A stretch of 64,000 nt of DNA from Anaeramoeba ignava BMAN (GCA_028826165.1 JAPDFW010000063.1:1364001-1428000), one strand, 5' to 3'. Shown: positions 47,948 to 64,000, counted from the stretch's first letter. The notes: generated by a model not told the origin, from the sequence alone. Numbers and translations: made by a program.

Positions 47948-50900
47948 TCAATCCTTTTTTAATTCTTCTTGATTAGGTTTTTTAATTCTCCATAAAAAAT
48001 CTTTTAATTTCCAAACAAGACTTGAATTTTCATTCAACTGAAAAAAATCAGCAGATTCAATAAGCTCTGAAATAACGTCAAAAGAAGCAACAGGATCAAT
48101 TTCATCAAGATAGAAAAAGGAGAACAGAAGTTGCATTGCTTGAAGAGATTTTCCTGAATATTCATGAACTTGATTTGAATCATCTTCGACACAAAGAAAC
48201 ATACTTCGGAAAAGATCACTTCGCGCAGCAAGAACAATTTTATGGATTTCAATCGCAGTATCAGCCACAATAACCTTGAAGTCAAAGCTCTTACTGTCTT
48301 GTTGCAATGCGCTAAGATCTGCTAATAGGCCGCGTCGACCCCTTTTTTTTGGGATCCAAATTTCGGGTAAAATGTGAATTTTTTTTAAAAAGTTCCCAAT
48401 TTTTTGTTCGAAAAGAGGATCCGAAAAATCAAATATTCCACTGTAAACAAATTGTAAAAAACTGGTTATTTCTGCGATTTTGGACTGCGAAAATATTGTA
48501 GTGAGTTGGGCAACTTTTTGTCTTGCATCAACAGAATTGTCGAAAAGTCTCAAAGCCAGAAATTGCGAATGAGCAGGCACAATTCCGTCGATACATTTTA
48601 TGGAAAGATCCGAAAATTCCTTGCGGTTGAAGAAGCGCAAGAAGTCCTGATTAACGGAATAAAATGATTTGAAGAGATCCGAAAAATACGATCCCAAAGT
48701 TTGCTCGCCAAAACCAGTTGTGTCTGGATCATACGACAAAAGAAGCTTCACAAGAGAAACGTTTGTGGTTGCCAACACAATGCTTAATGGTGATTGGTCG
48801 AATTTATTGCGGATATTTATGTCTGCTCCAAAATCAAGAAGAATTTTGACAAATGAGGTTGGAGCGCCGACATCACAAGCAAAAAGCAATGGAGTATTTT
48901 TGTAAGAGTCTGCATCATTAACATGAGCTCCGTTTTTGAGAAGGGTCTCGAGTATTTGTGGCGAGGAATATAATTTGGCCTGGAAACAGAGATGGATGCA
49001 GTTGTAACCTTCCTTGGTGCGCATATTTGGGTCAGCATCGTTTGCAAGAAGAAGATCAATAACAGCGATATCTGCATCGTGAAACACTGCGTAATGAAGA
49101 GGTGTCCATCCTTCTCGGTTTGCTTTCTTGACATTACTTCCCTTCTTAATCAAGGAATCAATGATCTGAAATTTGTGATTGAATTGGCAAGCTAAATGCA
49201 ATGCAGTGTTCTCATCAGTGTCTTCTAAACAGATAGACTTGGGTTCAACCTCTGCAAGATAATCCACCGTTTCCCATCTTGCTCCGTTCATAATCGCAAC
49301 CATCAACGGGGTTTTCCCTTGCGAATTTGTCAGGAGAAAGTTTGCTTTATGAGCATCCAAAATGCGCAAAATTTCGAGATCGTTGTTTTTGCGTAAAACT
49401 GCAAAATGCGCTGGGCTCTGCTTGTTGACAACGCATGAATTAACATCAGCCCCGATCGAAATGATGAGTTGAAGAGCATCTATAGGGTTCTCAGAACCGA
49501 GCGCATAAACAATTAACGATTGACGAAAAGAATCTTCGAGATCCGGATCAATTTTCTTGCTAATCAAGCTTTTCAGAACAGCAATATCCCGTGAAGTGCG
49601 AAGCGCAAGATGGAGTGGATATTGCTTGAAGTTATTTACTGCGGCCACATCCGCGCCTGATTCCACAAGAGCGCGTATCGTGCTTGAATCCGCAAATGTG
49701 TTCGCGCACGCATAATGAAGTGCAGTTTGATTTTGGTTATTTCTGGCATTAACATCAACCCCAATCCCATCCAACAGCAGAGAAACAAGTTCGGAAGAAG
49801 GGATTGCTTGCGAACATAAAAGATGCAATGGTGTATTTCCGTCCACATCAACTGAATTTATGTTGATCTGATCTGCACTATCTTGATTTTGAATGGAAAT
49901 TTTCTCAATAATTTTTTTGAGAATTTTGACAACATTTTCTGGAGATCCAAACAAACAAGCAAAATGAATAACGGATTGATTAAATTTGTTTTTTATCTTC
50001 AAGTCAAGATCTGGATGATCAATTAACGAAAAAACAACCGCCAAAGGGGATCTCATATCCAAAGCAAACATTAAAGGAGTAAGCCCCTTTTCGCTTTCAA
50101 TCACGTTGATTTCATTCCCTTTTTTTGATAGAAAAAACTCTATTGTATCAATTTGATTTTTTTCAATTGCAAAAAACAATGGTGTTTTATTTTTAGGACC
50201 AGGTATGTCCAATTTTGCTCCATTTTCTAGGAGCATTTCAATAATCTCCACAGAGTAACTATTCAAGATCGCATAATGAAGAGCACACATATGCTGCTTG
50301 TTAGCCATGTTTATGTGGCGCTTGGAGATACACGAGAGAATTATTTTTGGATCGCGAATTTTTCCCGATTTCAAAAGAAAAATCAAGCTTGTATTGAACG
50401 AACCATCGGTCATGTCGATGCGTGCTCCAGATGAAAGAAGAGCCGAGATTGCCTCCATTTGCTCGCTGTTCTCCATTGCGTAATGGAGGGGTGTTCTCAA
50501 ATGCATATCTTGAGCATTAATTAAATGTTTTTGCTTTTTGATAATAAATTTGGGAATTTTTGGATCTGCTTGTTTTTTCATCATTACAAGATGAATCAAT
50601 GCTTGGTTTTCAGTGTTCAATTTAACTGAATCGAACCACAGCATTTTTATCATTTCTTTTGGATTGTTAGCTGTCAAAAGCGCATAATGAATCGCACTTT
50701 GGTTGTCAAAGTCTGCCGCTTCAATATTTGCTCCTCTGTTGACAAGCTCAGTGATTATCTTACTGTCACTGCCATTCATGCACGCTAAATGTAACGGTGT
50801 TCTTTTCTTCCATTTCTCTGTGGCATTGACATCCGCCTTGTTGTCAAGAAGAATTGTTATGATCTCAATGCCACAATTTTCTTGACAGGCAACATGTAAT

Positions 50901-51106
50901 GGCGTTAATTGAGCCACATCTTTACTATTGACATTGATTCCTTTTTCAAGAAGAAATTGAATGGTTTCTTTTTGGCTTTTAAAGATTAAGGCTTGGTGAA
51001 GAAAAGTTTGTTTATTTTTATTTGTTTTAAGGAAGAAGTTTTTATTTGTAATTTTGCGTAAATTTGCAAGATCATTTAATTTTATTAAATCTACAATTTG
51101 GTTCAT
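47948..51106 (-). CDS. Ankyrin-repeat + tandem BTB protein, intronless, 1052 aa
   Basis: About 20 TPLH/TALH ankyrin units; 'EFSDL..VPAHSQFL' and 'IHKIVLAARSDLFRSMF' BTB domains. Confidence 0.93.
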   Translation of the reverse strand: MNQIVDLIKLNDLANLRKITNKNFFLKTNKNKQTFLHQALIFKSQKETIQFLLEKGINVNSKDVAQLTPLHVACQENCGIEIITILLDNKADVNATEKWKKRTPLHLACMNGSDSKIITELVNRGANIEAADFDNQSAIHYALLTANNPKEMIKMLWFDSVKLNTENQALIHLVMMKKQADPKIPKFIIKKQKHLINAQDMHLRTPLHYAMENSEQMEAISALLSSGARIDMTDGSFNTSLIFLLKSGKIRDPKIILSCISKRHINMANKQHMCALHYAILNSYSVEIIEMLLENGAKLDIPGPKNKTPLFFAIEKNQIDTIEFFLSKKGNEINVIESEKGLTPLMFALDMRSPLAVVFSLIDHPDLDLKIKNKFNQSVIHFACLFGSPENVVKILKKIIEKISIQNQDSADQININSVDVDGNTPLHLLCSQAIPSSELVSLLLDGIGVDVNARNNQNQTALHYACANTFADSSTIRALVESGADVAAVNNFKQYPLHLALRTSRDIAVLKSLISKKIDPDLEDSFRQSLIVYALGSENPIDALQLIISIGADVNSCVVNKQSPAHFAVLRKNNDLEILRILDAHKANFLLTNSQGKTPLMVAIMNGARWETVDYLAEVEPKSICLEDTDENTALHLACQFNHKFQIIDSLIKKGSNVKKANREGWTPLHYAVFHDADIAVIDLLLANDADPNMRTKEGYNCIHLCFQAKLYSSPQILETLLKNGAHVNDADSYKNTPLLFACDVGAPTSFVKILLDFGADINIRNKFDQSPLSIVLATTNVSLVKLLLSYDPDTTGFGEQTLGSYFSDLFKSFYSVNQDFLRFFNRKEFSDLSIKCIDGIVPAHSQFLALRLFDNSVDARQKVAQLTTIFSQSKIAEITSFLQFVYSGIFDFSDPLFEQKIGNFLKKIHILPEIWIPKKRGRRGLLADLSALQQDSKSFDFKVIVADTAIEIHKIVLAARSDLFRSMFLCVEDDSNQVHEYSGKSLQAMQLLFSFFYLDEIDPVASFDVISELIESADFFQLNENSSLVWKLKDFLWRIKKPNQEELKKD

Positions 51107-51199
51107 TAAATATTTTTGTTAACAGAAAAAAAAAATGAAAAAAAAAATAATTTTGATTTATTTTTTCATTTTTTTCTTCTTTCATTTATTCTTTTAAAA

Positions 51200-53247
51200 A
51201 TGAATAATTCTTTAAATGTTTTTTGGAATGAACAAGAAATTCGTGCCTTTTATAAAAATTATAGAAAATTTGGTTGTTTTTGGAATAGATATAATGATTT
51301 ACCAAGAAAAACACCAGAAATGATGAAGATTTTTTTTCAAAAACATCATCGCGTTTTAGATTCAAATCAATTTTCAGAAAATCTATTTGTTAGTTTAATA
51401 AAAGATGATGATTTCTTCAAAGAATCAACACAAAATACACTTATTATACCTCAAGAAAATGATTCAATCAAAATGCAAATTGAAGAAAATTTAAATTTAA
51501 CGGAAGAAATTCAAAAATCTATTAAAAAAAAAGATCCAAATTTCCCGTTTTTACATTTTAATTTTCCAGATCGAAAGTATTTAATTCATTCAAAAGAAAT
51601 GAAGCAAAAAAATGAATCGAAAGAATTAATGATTGAGTCAAAACAAAAAAAGAATGAAAAATTTATTTTAATCAAAGAAAAACAAGAAGAAAAACAAGAA
51701 GAAAAACAAAAAGAAAAACAAAAAGAAAAACAAAAAGAAAAACAAGAAGAAAAACAAAAAAATATAGAAATGGAAATTGAAAGCCAAAAGGATTCAAAAT
51801 CAATGCATTTAAAAAAAGTAAAAACTCGAGTTAATCTTCCAAAAAAAAATCGATTTCAAGTTGAATCATTACCACAAGAAAATAATGATAATAAGCAAAA
51901 AGAGATACAAGACAAAAAACAACAAAACAAAAATGAAATTCAACAAACTGAAAAAAATCCTATTCAAAGAGGTTATTCCAAAAGTATATTTAGAATGGAA
52001 ATTAAAATTCATTTGAAAATTAAAATTCATTTGAAAATTAAAATTCATTTGAAAATTCATTTATAAAATTCAAATTAAAATTAAAATTCATTTGAAAATT
52101 AAAATTCATTTGAAAATTAAAATTAAAATTAAAATTCATTTATAAAATTCAAATTAAAATTAAAATTAATTTGAAAATTAAAATTAAAATTAAAATTAAA
52201 ATTAAAATTCATTTGAAAATTAAAATTCATTTGAAAATTAAAATTAAAATTAAAATTCATTTATAAAATTCAAATTAAAATTAAAATTCATTTGAAAATT
52301 AAAATTAAAATTAAAATTAAAATTCATTTGAAAATTAAAATTTAAAATTAAAATTAAAATTAAAATTCATTTGAAAATTAAAATTCATTTGAAAATTAAA
52401 ATTCATTTGAAAATTAAAATTAAAATTAAAATTCATTTATAAAATTAAAATTCAAAAAAAAAAGATAACAGAAAATTCCAGAAATTACAACACGCACAAA
52501 GTAGTTGGCTAGAAAAACTTAGTGGACAAATTTCATCAGACAGAATTAGGAAATTTTGTATTTGTGAATGGTTTGTAGCAGATTCAATTATCCCATTTTT
52601 CGAAGATTCCAAAGTGAAAAAAAAATTACAAACAAAAAGTGGGAATTTTCGAAAAGAATTAACAAAACTTGAATGGAGAATTTTAAAGACTCAATTATTT
52701 GAGAAGGAATTATCAAACAATTCACAACAAATATTAGTGAATGCAAAGAAAAAACAATATTACAAATATTCACCAGTTGAGTACCGAAATTCGGAACAAG
52801 TTTATTTTATCGATAATCAATTCCAGATTGATTTTGGAAAGATTATCAAACCTTCTCAAAATAGAAAGTTCTGGATTGATCCCTTTGCCAATAGGTGATA
52901 TAATACGTCCTCCAGTTAAAGCTTCTTTTCTCAATATAAAAAGACAAGCAATCCAAAATAAAATCAATTCTGAAATTTTAATTCAAAATGATCCTTCAAG
53001 AAAAGTTGATTTTAAAAAGGAAATCCAATTGTTTCAACAAAGTTCACCTCAAATTATTCCTATTCAATCTTTAAAAACTAATTCCAAAATTGGAATTTAT
53101 AATAATTTAAGGAAATTCTCTGCAAAAGTTAAAAGTAAACAAAAAAATCAAATTGAAATTAAATTTCAAGATGAAAATTTATCAAATATCTCTTTTGATG
53201 AAATTATTTTAAAAAATTTAAAAGTTTTATATTTAGAAAAACAATAA
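51200..53247 (+). CDS. LIN9: LIN9/ALWAYS EARLY-like DREAM subunit (Myb/SANT + DIRP); intron about 51972/51984-52464; 3' end uncertain
   Basis: W.EQE...FY..YRKFG..W N-terminal Myb as in plant ALY; exon 2 'KFCICEWF...PFF...LTKLEWRILK' is the DIRP signature; frame break near 52890. Confidence 0.65.
51984..52464 (+). repeat. Intronic AAAATTAAAATTCATTTG satellite
   Basis: Tandem 12-18-mers. Confidence 0.85.
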
Positions 53248-53654
53248 GAAAATCCAAAAATAAAACAATCCAAAAATTTTAAAATAAATAAATAAATAAA
53301 CTTCCGTTATCTTTAATAAACAAATTTTCTTTTTAATTTTCTTTTCCAAAAAACAAAAACAAAACAATAAAACAAAAAATTTTTTTTCCTTTTTTTTAAT
53401 TTTTTTATTTTTGGATTAAGAAAATTTTTCTTAATAAAATTCAATTTAAAAATAAAAATTAAATAAATGAAATGGTTTTGATCTGTATAATTTAATTTAT
53501 TTTTTCTTTTAAAACATTAATTCATTAAAATAAAATAAAATAAAATTCAACTATCAAATTTTTTAAAAAAACAAAAATTCATTTTTTTTTCTTTTCTTTT
53601 TTAAATTAATAAAATTTAAAATAATAATTTAAATTTAAATTTAAATTAAATTAA

Positions 53655-56349
<2,695 letters not shown>

Positions 56350-56364
56350 TTTTGGTTTGCCAAT

Positions 56365-56745
56365 GTCAACTTCACTTTTAATTTCACTTTCAATTTCAAC
56401 TTCACTTTCACTTTTAATATTAATTTCACTTTCACTTTCAATTTCAATTTCAATTTCATTTTTAATTTCACTTGCTACTTTTAATTTCACTTTTAATATT
56501 AATTTCAATTTCACTTGTTATTTTCAATTTCACTTTCAACTTCACTTTTAATTTCAATTTCACTTGTTATTTTCAATTTCACTTTCACTTTCACTTTCAC
56601 TTTCAATTTCATTTGTTAATTTCAATTTCACTTTTAATTTCACTTTCAATTTCACTTTCAATTTCATTTGTTAATTTCACTTTCACTTTCAATTTCAATT
56701 TCACTTTCAATTTCACTTTCAATTTCACTTGTTATTTTCAATTTT
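56365..56745 (+). repeat. (TTTCAC/TTTCAA)n degenerate repeat, 3' of the F-box gene
   Basis: Tandem hexamers. Confidence 0.85.
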
Positions 56746-57022
56746 AATTCCTTTTTGATGATTCGCAAAAAAAATCATCAACTTTTTTTTTTGAATAATT
56801 TTTTTTTTCTCATTTTCTTTCACTTTCTTTTTTTTATTGTTTGCAATTTTGCAATTTTGCAATTCCACTTTTTTTTTTTCAATTTTCATTTTTAATAAAG
56901 AAATGTTAATTGTTATTTGTTATTTTTTATTTTTAAAACTAAAAAAAATTAACGAAAAAAAATCTTTTTTTTTGCTTTTTTTTTTTCATTTTTTTCTTTT
57001 CAAATTTCAAATTAAATTTTCA

Positions 57023-60000
57023 ATGCAAGAATCAGTAAAAAAAACAAACGAAAAAGAAACAAAAAAAACTTTTGAAGAGATCTTAAATTCAATGAAATCT
57101 AAAAATGATTTATTTAGATCACCTTCTGCTCCGCCGTTAAATTTTGGGAATAAAGTATTTAATTTTAAAAACAAATTATATTTAGAATTAATAAAAAAAA
57201 ATTTCTTTTTATTTTTTAATAGTTTTCATTAATGAATAATTCTACAGATTTGAATGGAATAAATAAATGGAAAATGAATCAAATCAAACCAACAAATTTT
57301 TCAGAAAAAGCTTTAAATCCTTTTTTTAAGTCAACTGGTACGTTATAGTTTTTTAAAACAAATTTAAAAACATTTAAAACAAACTCAAATTAAAATTTAA
57401 AACAATTCTCAAAACATTTAAAACAATTTTAAAAACATTTAAAATCATTCTCAAAACATTTAAAACATTTCTCAAAACATTTAAAACAAATTTAAAAACA
57501 TTTAAAACAAAATCAAAATCAAAATCAAATTCAAATTAAAATTAAAATCAAATTCAAATTAAAATTTAAAACAATTCTCAAAACATTTAAAACAAATTTA
57601 AAAACATTTAAAACAAACTCAAATTAAAATTTAAAACAATTCTCAAAACATTTAAAACAATTTTCAAAACATTTAAAACAATTTTAAAAACATTTAAAAC
57701 AAATTTCAAAAACATTTAAAACAAAATCAAATTCAAATTAAAATTAAAATCAAATCAAAATCAAATTCAAATTAAAATTAAAATCAAAATCAAAATTAAA
57801 ATCAAAATCAAATTTAAAATTAAAATTCAAATTCAAAATCAAAATTATTCAAAATAAAAATCAATTTAAAATTAAAATCAAATTTAAAATCAAAATTAAA
57901 ATTAAAATTAAAATTAAAATCAAAATTAAAATTAAAATTAAAATTAAAATTAAAATTAAAATTAAAATCAAATTCAAATTAAAATTTAAAACAATTCTCA
58001 AAACATTTAAAACAATTCTCAAAACATTTAAAACAATTCTCAAAACATTTAAAATCATTTTTAAAAACATTTAAAACATTTTTCAAAACATTTAAAACAA
58101 ACTCAAATTAAAATTTAAAACAATTTTAAAAACATTTAAAATCATTTTCAAAACATTTAAAACAAACTCAAATTAAAATTTAAAACAATTCTCAAAACAT
58201 TTAAAACAAATTTAAAAACATTTAAAACAAATTTAAAAACATTTAAAACAAAATCAAAATCAAAATCAAAATTAAAATCAAATTAAAATTAAAATTATTC
58301 AAAATTAAAATCAAATTAAAATTAAAATTATTAAAATTAAATTCAAATTCAAATTCAAAATCAAAATTAAAATTAAAATTAAAATTAAAATCAAAATTCA
58401 AATCAAAATTAAAATAAAAATATGATTAGATCAACTGATCCCAAAATTTCTTGATCTTAAATTGAACCAAGAAACAAAATCAAACATAAATTTCCCAGAA
58501 AAAATGAAAGATAAAGAATCGGAAGCAGTTCAAAAAAACAACATTAACAAACAAGAAACAACAGACAACAAAGATATTATAAACAACAACAACATGCCAC
58601 TAACAGAGGAACCAAACATAATACCAACATTCATTGACGACGAAGATCAAGAGCCAGATTGGCTTGAAAAAGACTTCATTTTAAATAAATTCTCTAAAGA
58701 AAAAACCAAAACTACACAAAATTCTCAAACAAAATTCGAATCACCACAACTGCAAAAAGCACCAGTAGCACAGGCATTCAATACCTTCCCATGGAACCAA
58801 GCACAACAAACTGAATACACAAATCAAACATACAATCCATTTTTACAATTCCAAAAAGAAAATTTTTTGGATCCAAAAATCAATCCAAAAAAACAAACAA
58901 TTTCAAACATGAACAATACCACAAAAGAAGAAATGAACAATAAACAAACAACCACAATGATGAATGGATTCAAACAAGACACACTACATTCTATTCCACG
59001 GACAGCATCTCCTGAATTCAACAACGGATTTTCTGACAGTATCACCGAATTGAATTCATCGAATCTTCGATATGAAGTTCCATATGAAGAAAACAGTAAG
59101 CAAAAGATCACTAAAACACATTTTCACAATCTTTTGAGAAAATATCACAATTTTATTCAAAAGAAACTCTAAAAAAAAATTTTTATTTTCTTGAAAAAAA
59201 GATTTTGGATACTTCGCGGAAAATAATCAATCCTTTGTGTTTCCACGAGGATATTCAACCCAAGCATACCAGCGTAATTTTTACACGCCTCCTCCACGCG
59301 GGATGGTGCAATACTCATATCCTTATGACGCGTATCAAGGATATGGGAATTACAATGAGAATACAAAAAATCAATTTGGAAATTTTTTTGATCAATCAAG
59401 ATTTTATTCTCAAGAAACCGAGATTTCTATTCATAGAACACAGAGCTATGACAGGCAACAGAATTACCAAGATACAAGGTCTAATAACACTCACTTAGGT
59501 ATATATTTGCAGGGTGTCAATAAGGTTCTTTCTGATATCGCTTTAAATCGCAATGTTCATTTTTATGGTTTAAAAGATGTTTTTGGTTCTTTATATGAAT
59601 TTAGTATTGATCAACATGGTTCTCGTTTTATTCAGCTTCAGATTGAAAAGGCTGACCAATCTCAATTGGATAAACTTTTTCAGGAAATTCGTATTCGTTT
59701 TTTTGATTTGATTCAGAATATTTTTGGAAATTATGTAGTTCAAAAATTTTTTTCTTATGGTAAAATATTCAAAATAATTCTTTAAATATTCAAAATAAAT
59801 ATTAAATAAATATTCAAATAAAATATTTAATAAATATTCAAAATAAATATTAAATAAATATTCAAAATAAATATAAATTTTAAATAAATATTAAATAAAT
59901 TTAAAATAAATATTCTAAATATTCAAAATAAATTCAAAATAAATATTAAATAAATATTCAAATAAAATATTTAATAAATATTCAAATAAATATTAAATAA

Positions 60001-61933
60001 ATATTCCAAATAAATATTAAATAAATATTCAAAATAAATTTTAAATAAATATTCAAAATAAATATTCAATAAATATTCAAAATAAATTTTAAATAAATAT
60101 TCAAAATAAATATTCAAAATATTAAATAAATTTTAAATAAATATTAAATAAATTTTAAATAAATATTCAAAATAATTCAATAAATATTCAAAATAAATAT
60201 TAAATAAATATTCAAATAAAATATTTTAAATAAATATTCAAAATAAATATTAAATAAATATTCAAAATAAATTTTAAATAAATATTAAAATAAATATTCA
60301 AATAAATAAATATTCAAAATAAATATTCCAAATAAATATTCCAAATAAATATTCCAAATAAATATTCCAAATAAATATTTAAATAAATATTAAAATAAAT
60401 ATTAAATAAATTTTAAATAAAAATAAATATTAAATAAATATAAATAAATATAAATATTAAAATAAATATTCAAATAAAATATTAAATAAATATTCAAAAT
60501 AAATTTTAAAAATAATTTTAAATAAATAAATAAATTTTAAATAAATATTCAAAATAAATATTAAATAAATATTCAAAAATAAATATTAAATAAATATTAA
60601 ATAAATTTTAAATAAAATTTTCAAATAAAATATTTAAAATTAAATAAATTTTAAATAAATATTCCAAATAAATTTTAAATAAATATTCCAAATAAATATT
60701 CAAAATAAATATTAAATAAATATTAAATTAAATATTCCAAATAAATTTTAAATAATTTTAAATAAATATTCAAAATAAATATTCAATAAATATTAAATAA
60801 ATTTTCAATAAATATTAAATAAATATTCAAATAAAATTTTAAATAAATATTCCAAATAAAATATTTAAAAATAGCAACCGAAACCCAAATTACTGAATTA
60901 GTCACAATGCTTAAAAACAAAGTTTATATATTCACAACACACATATACGGATGTCGAGTGATTCAAAAAGCACTAGAAGTATCAAACGAAAAACAAAAAG
61001 AAGATATAATCAAAGAACTCGAACCAAAAATACTTGATTGTATAGACGATCAAAACGGAAATCATGTGATCCAAAAATGCATTGAATGTTTACCTCAGAA
61101 ATTAATTCAATTCATAATAGACAAATTTGCTGAACAACCATTAGTTTTGTCAAAACATCCATATGGATGCAGAGTGATCCAAAGAATATTAAATCATTGC
61201 TCAGGATCTCAAGTTGTAAATATCAATTATGACCCCATTAACCCTTATAATACAATAAAAATAAAAATAAAAATAAAAATAAAAATAAAAATAAAAATAA
61301 AAATAAAAATAAAAATAAAAATAAAAATAAAAATAAAAATATAATATACAATAAAATAAAAATAACCCATTTTAAATTTCATCTAATTTTTAGGATAAGA
61401 TCACAAAAGAAATTCTTAATGTTTCTTCCGATTTAGTTTTCGACCAATTTGGAAACTATGTTGTTCAACATATCTTGGAAAATGGAACAAATGAACAAAG
61501 AAATATCATCATCCAAAAAGTGTTCGGAAAAGTTCTCAAAATGTCACAACACAAATACGCTTCAAATGCTATTGAAAAATGCATTGAATTTGGAACACTT
61601 CAACAAACTAAAAAAATCCTTAATGAAATACTCAAAACCATGTATCCTTTTTTTCTTTCTTCTCAAAAATACCACACCCATCTTTCCCTTCATCTCTCCT
61701 TTTTCTAATCATCTTCCTCTTTTGTTATTCTTATTTCAAATCTTAGTGATGTGCTTCAAATTATGGTAAATGATCCATATGCAAATTATGTCATCCAAAA
61801 ATTTCTCGAAAAAGCAAAAGGAAAAGATCAACAAAGATTAATTTCTGCGATTAAACAAAATATTCATATACTTGATACATCTAATTATGGGAAACATGTT
61901 CTTGCTAAAATGACGGATCTTGGTTGGATTTAG
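57023..61933 (+). CDS. Pumilio/PUF RNA-binding protein, 7 exons
   Basis: RSPSAPP motif; PUF repeats DQHGSRFIQ, FGNYVVQK, YGCRVIQK, NGNHVIQK, YGCRVIQR, FGNYVVQH, YASNAIEK, YANYVIQK (classical PUM code). Confidence 0.93.
57338..58429 (+). repeat. Intronic satellite AAAACATTTAAAACAATTCTC plus AAAATY hexamers
   Basis: Pumilio intron 2. Confidence 0.85.
59760..60874 (+). repeat. Intronic satellite AAATAAATATT(C)
   Basis: Pumilio intron 4, GT 59760 to AG 60874. Confidence 0.88.
61642..61746 (+). other. Probable U12-type (minor) GT-AG intron
   Basis: 5' site GTATCCTTT equals the U12 consensus; removal gives in-frame ILKTI-DVLQIMVNDPYANY; phase 2. Confidence 0.7.
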
Positions 61934-62393
61934 TCCATTAATTAATTAGATATCTCTCAACTTTTTTTCATTCCAATTTCTTGAAACAATTTTCATTTTA
62001 ATTTGAATTTTGATTTTGATTTTGATTTTGATTTTAGTTTGATTTTAATTTAAATTTAAATTGTTGGTTTCAATTGAAAATAGTAGCATTTGTTAAAATT
62101 TTTGTGAACAAAAAGGAAATTCAAGAAAAAGAAAAAGATTATTTTTTAAAAAAAAATTAACTAAATTTTTCAATTAAAAAAATAAATTCAAAAATAAATT
62201 CAAAATAAGATTTGAATTAATTTGATGAAAATTGAAAAAAAAATAATTAGTTTGTCAAAATTAAATTGAGTTTTTTATGAATTTTTAAATTACAGAAAAA
62301 AAACAAAAAAGCAAAAAAAAATTTTTTTAATTTTTCTTTTTCATTTTTTTTCTTTTAAATTCCTTTTAAATTCCTTTTAAATTAAAATAAGAA

Positions 62394-63425
<1,032 letters not shown>

Positions 63426-63580
63426 ATTTTTTTTTTTATTCTTGATTGATTTTTATTTTTTCTTCTTTTTTAAAAAAGAAAAAAATTAAAAAAAATTTTT
63501 TTTATCAAAATTCATTTTTCATTTTTTCTTCTTTTTAAAAAACAAAAAACATTTTCTACACATTTTTTACAATTTAATCA

Positions 63581-63832
63581 ATGTCAATTTCAAATTATCT
63601 TTTATCAGAATTAAATGTCAAAATACCAGTTACTTTAATTGACCCAACAACAAATCATATTTTTTTAGAACCAATTACTTTACAAACTGGAGAAACATTT
63701 GACAGAAGCACTTTACAAAAAACTCAATGGATTAATCCAGAAACAAATGAATTAATTGACCAATCAACCACTTTTCTTAATTTAAAAATTCAACAACAAG
63801 TTACTCAATTTCTTATAAATGAAGCAAATCAA
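63581..63832 (+). CDS. U-box domain protein, first exon (gene continues past the window)
   Basis: IP..LIDP.T..IF.EPI.L.TG.TFDRS.L.....NP.T U-box pattern; donor GTAAAT follows ANQ. Confidence 0.7.
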
Positions 63833-64000
63833 GTAAATTTTTTTTTATTAAAAGCGAAAAAAGCAAAAACAAAAACAAAAACAAAAACAAACACAAAAAC
63901 AAATTAAAACAAAACAAATTTAAAAAAAAAAATTTTAATTTGAAAAAATTTTAATTTTAAAATTTTAATTTTAATTTTAATTTTAATTTTAATTTTAATT

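Noticed and set aside
47948-51106. Higher-GC intronless ankyrin gene as a recent horizontal or viral insert
   Set aside because: The housekeeping gene WDR46 shows the same raised GC in its interior, the gene shares the host-type BTB tail, and no flanking repeats are visible

Overview
Gene-dense, very AT-rich eukaryotic (protist) genomic DNA with GT-AG spliceosomal introns; no prokaryotic or phage features. The style (AATCAA/AATGAA-coded NQ/NE runs, expanded BTB genes, bacterial-type glucokinase) suggests an Anaeramoeba-like anaerobic amoeba, which is an unverified inference. I built about 25 gene models by hand. They include a DENN protein (partial), CENATAC/CCDC84, PIG-T, glucokinase, BTB-BACK-TLDc, IQ-RhoGEF-PH-Kelch, two Rabs, WDR46/Utp7, a coiled-coil-PH protein, a PSI-like membrane protein, a C2 protein, ANK-BTB-BTB, LIN9/ALY, an F-box-membrane protein, Pumilio and a U-box protein (partial). 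The main candidate system is a 20-kb tandem array (8471-28896) of nine RCC1-BTB-BTB genes. Their C-terminal BTB half is nearly invariant, while the propeller loops are hypervariable and mosaic. One copy carries an N-terminal stack of one-exon-per-ARM-repeat, phase-1 cassettes. A CaaX tail is intact in one copy and lies in frame behind CAA>TAA stops in three others. Together this looks like a diversifying repertoire of putative Cullin-3 substrate receptors. Other notable items are a probable U12-type intron in Pumilio (with CENATAC in the same window), kilobase introns each filled by its own nearly AG-free satellite, poly(A)-preceded 3' splice sites, and an 8-nt microexon. Several single-base frameshifts in A/T runs also hit housekeeping genes and are probably assembly errors.
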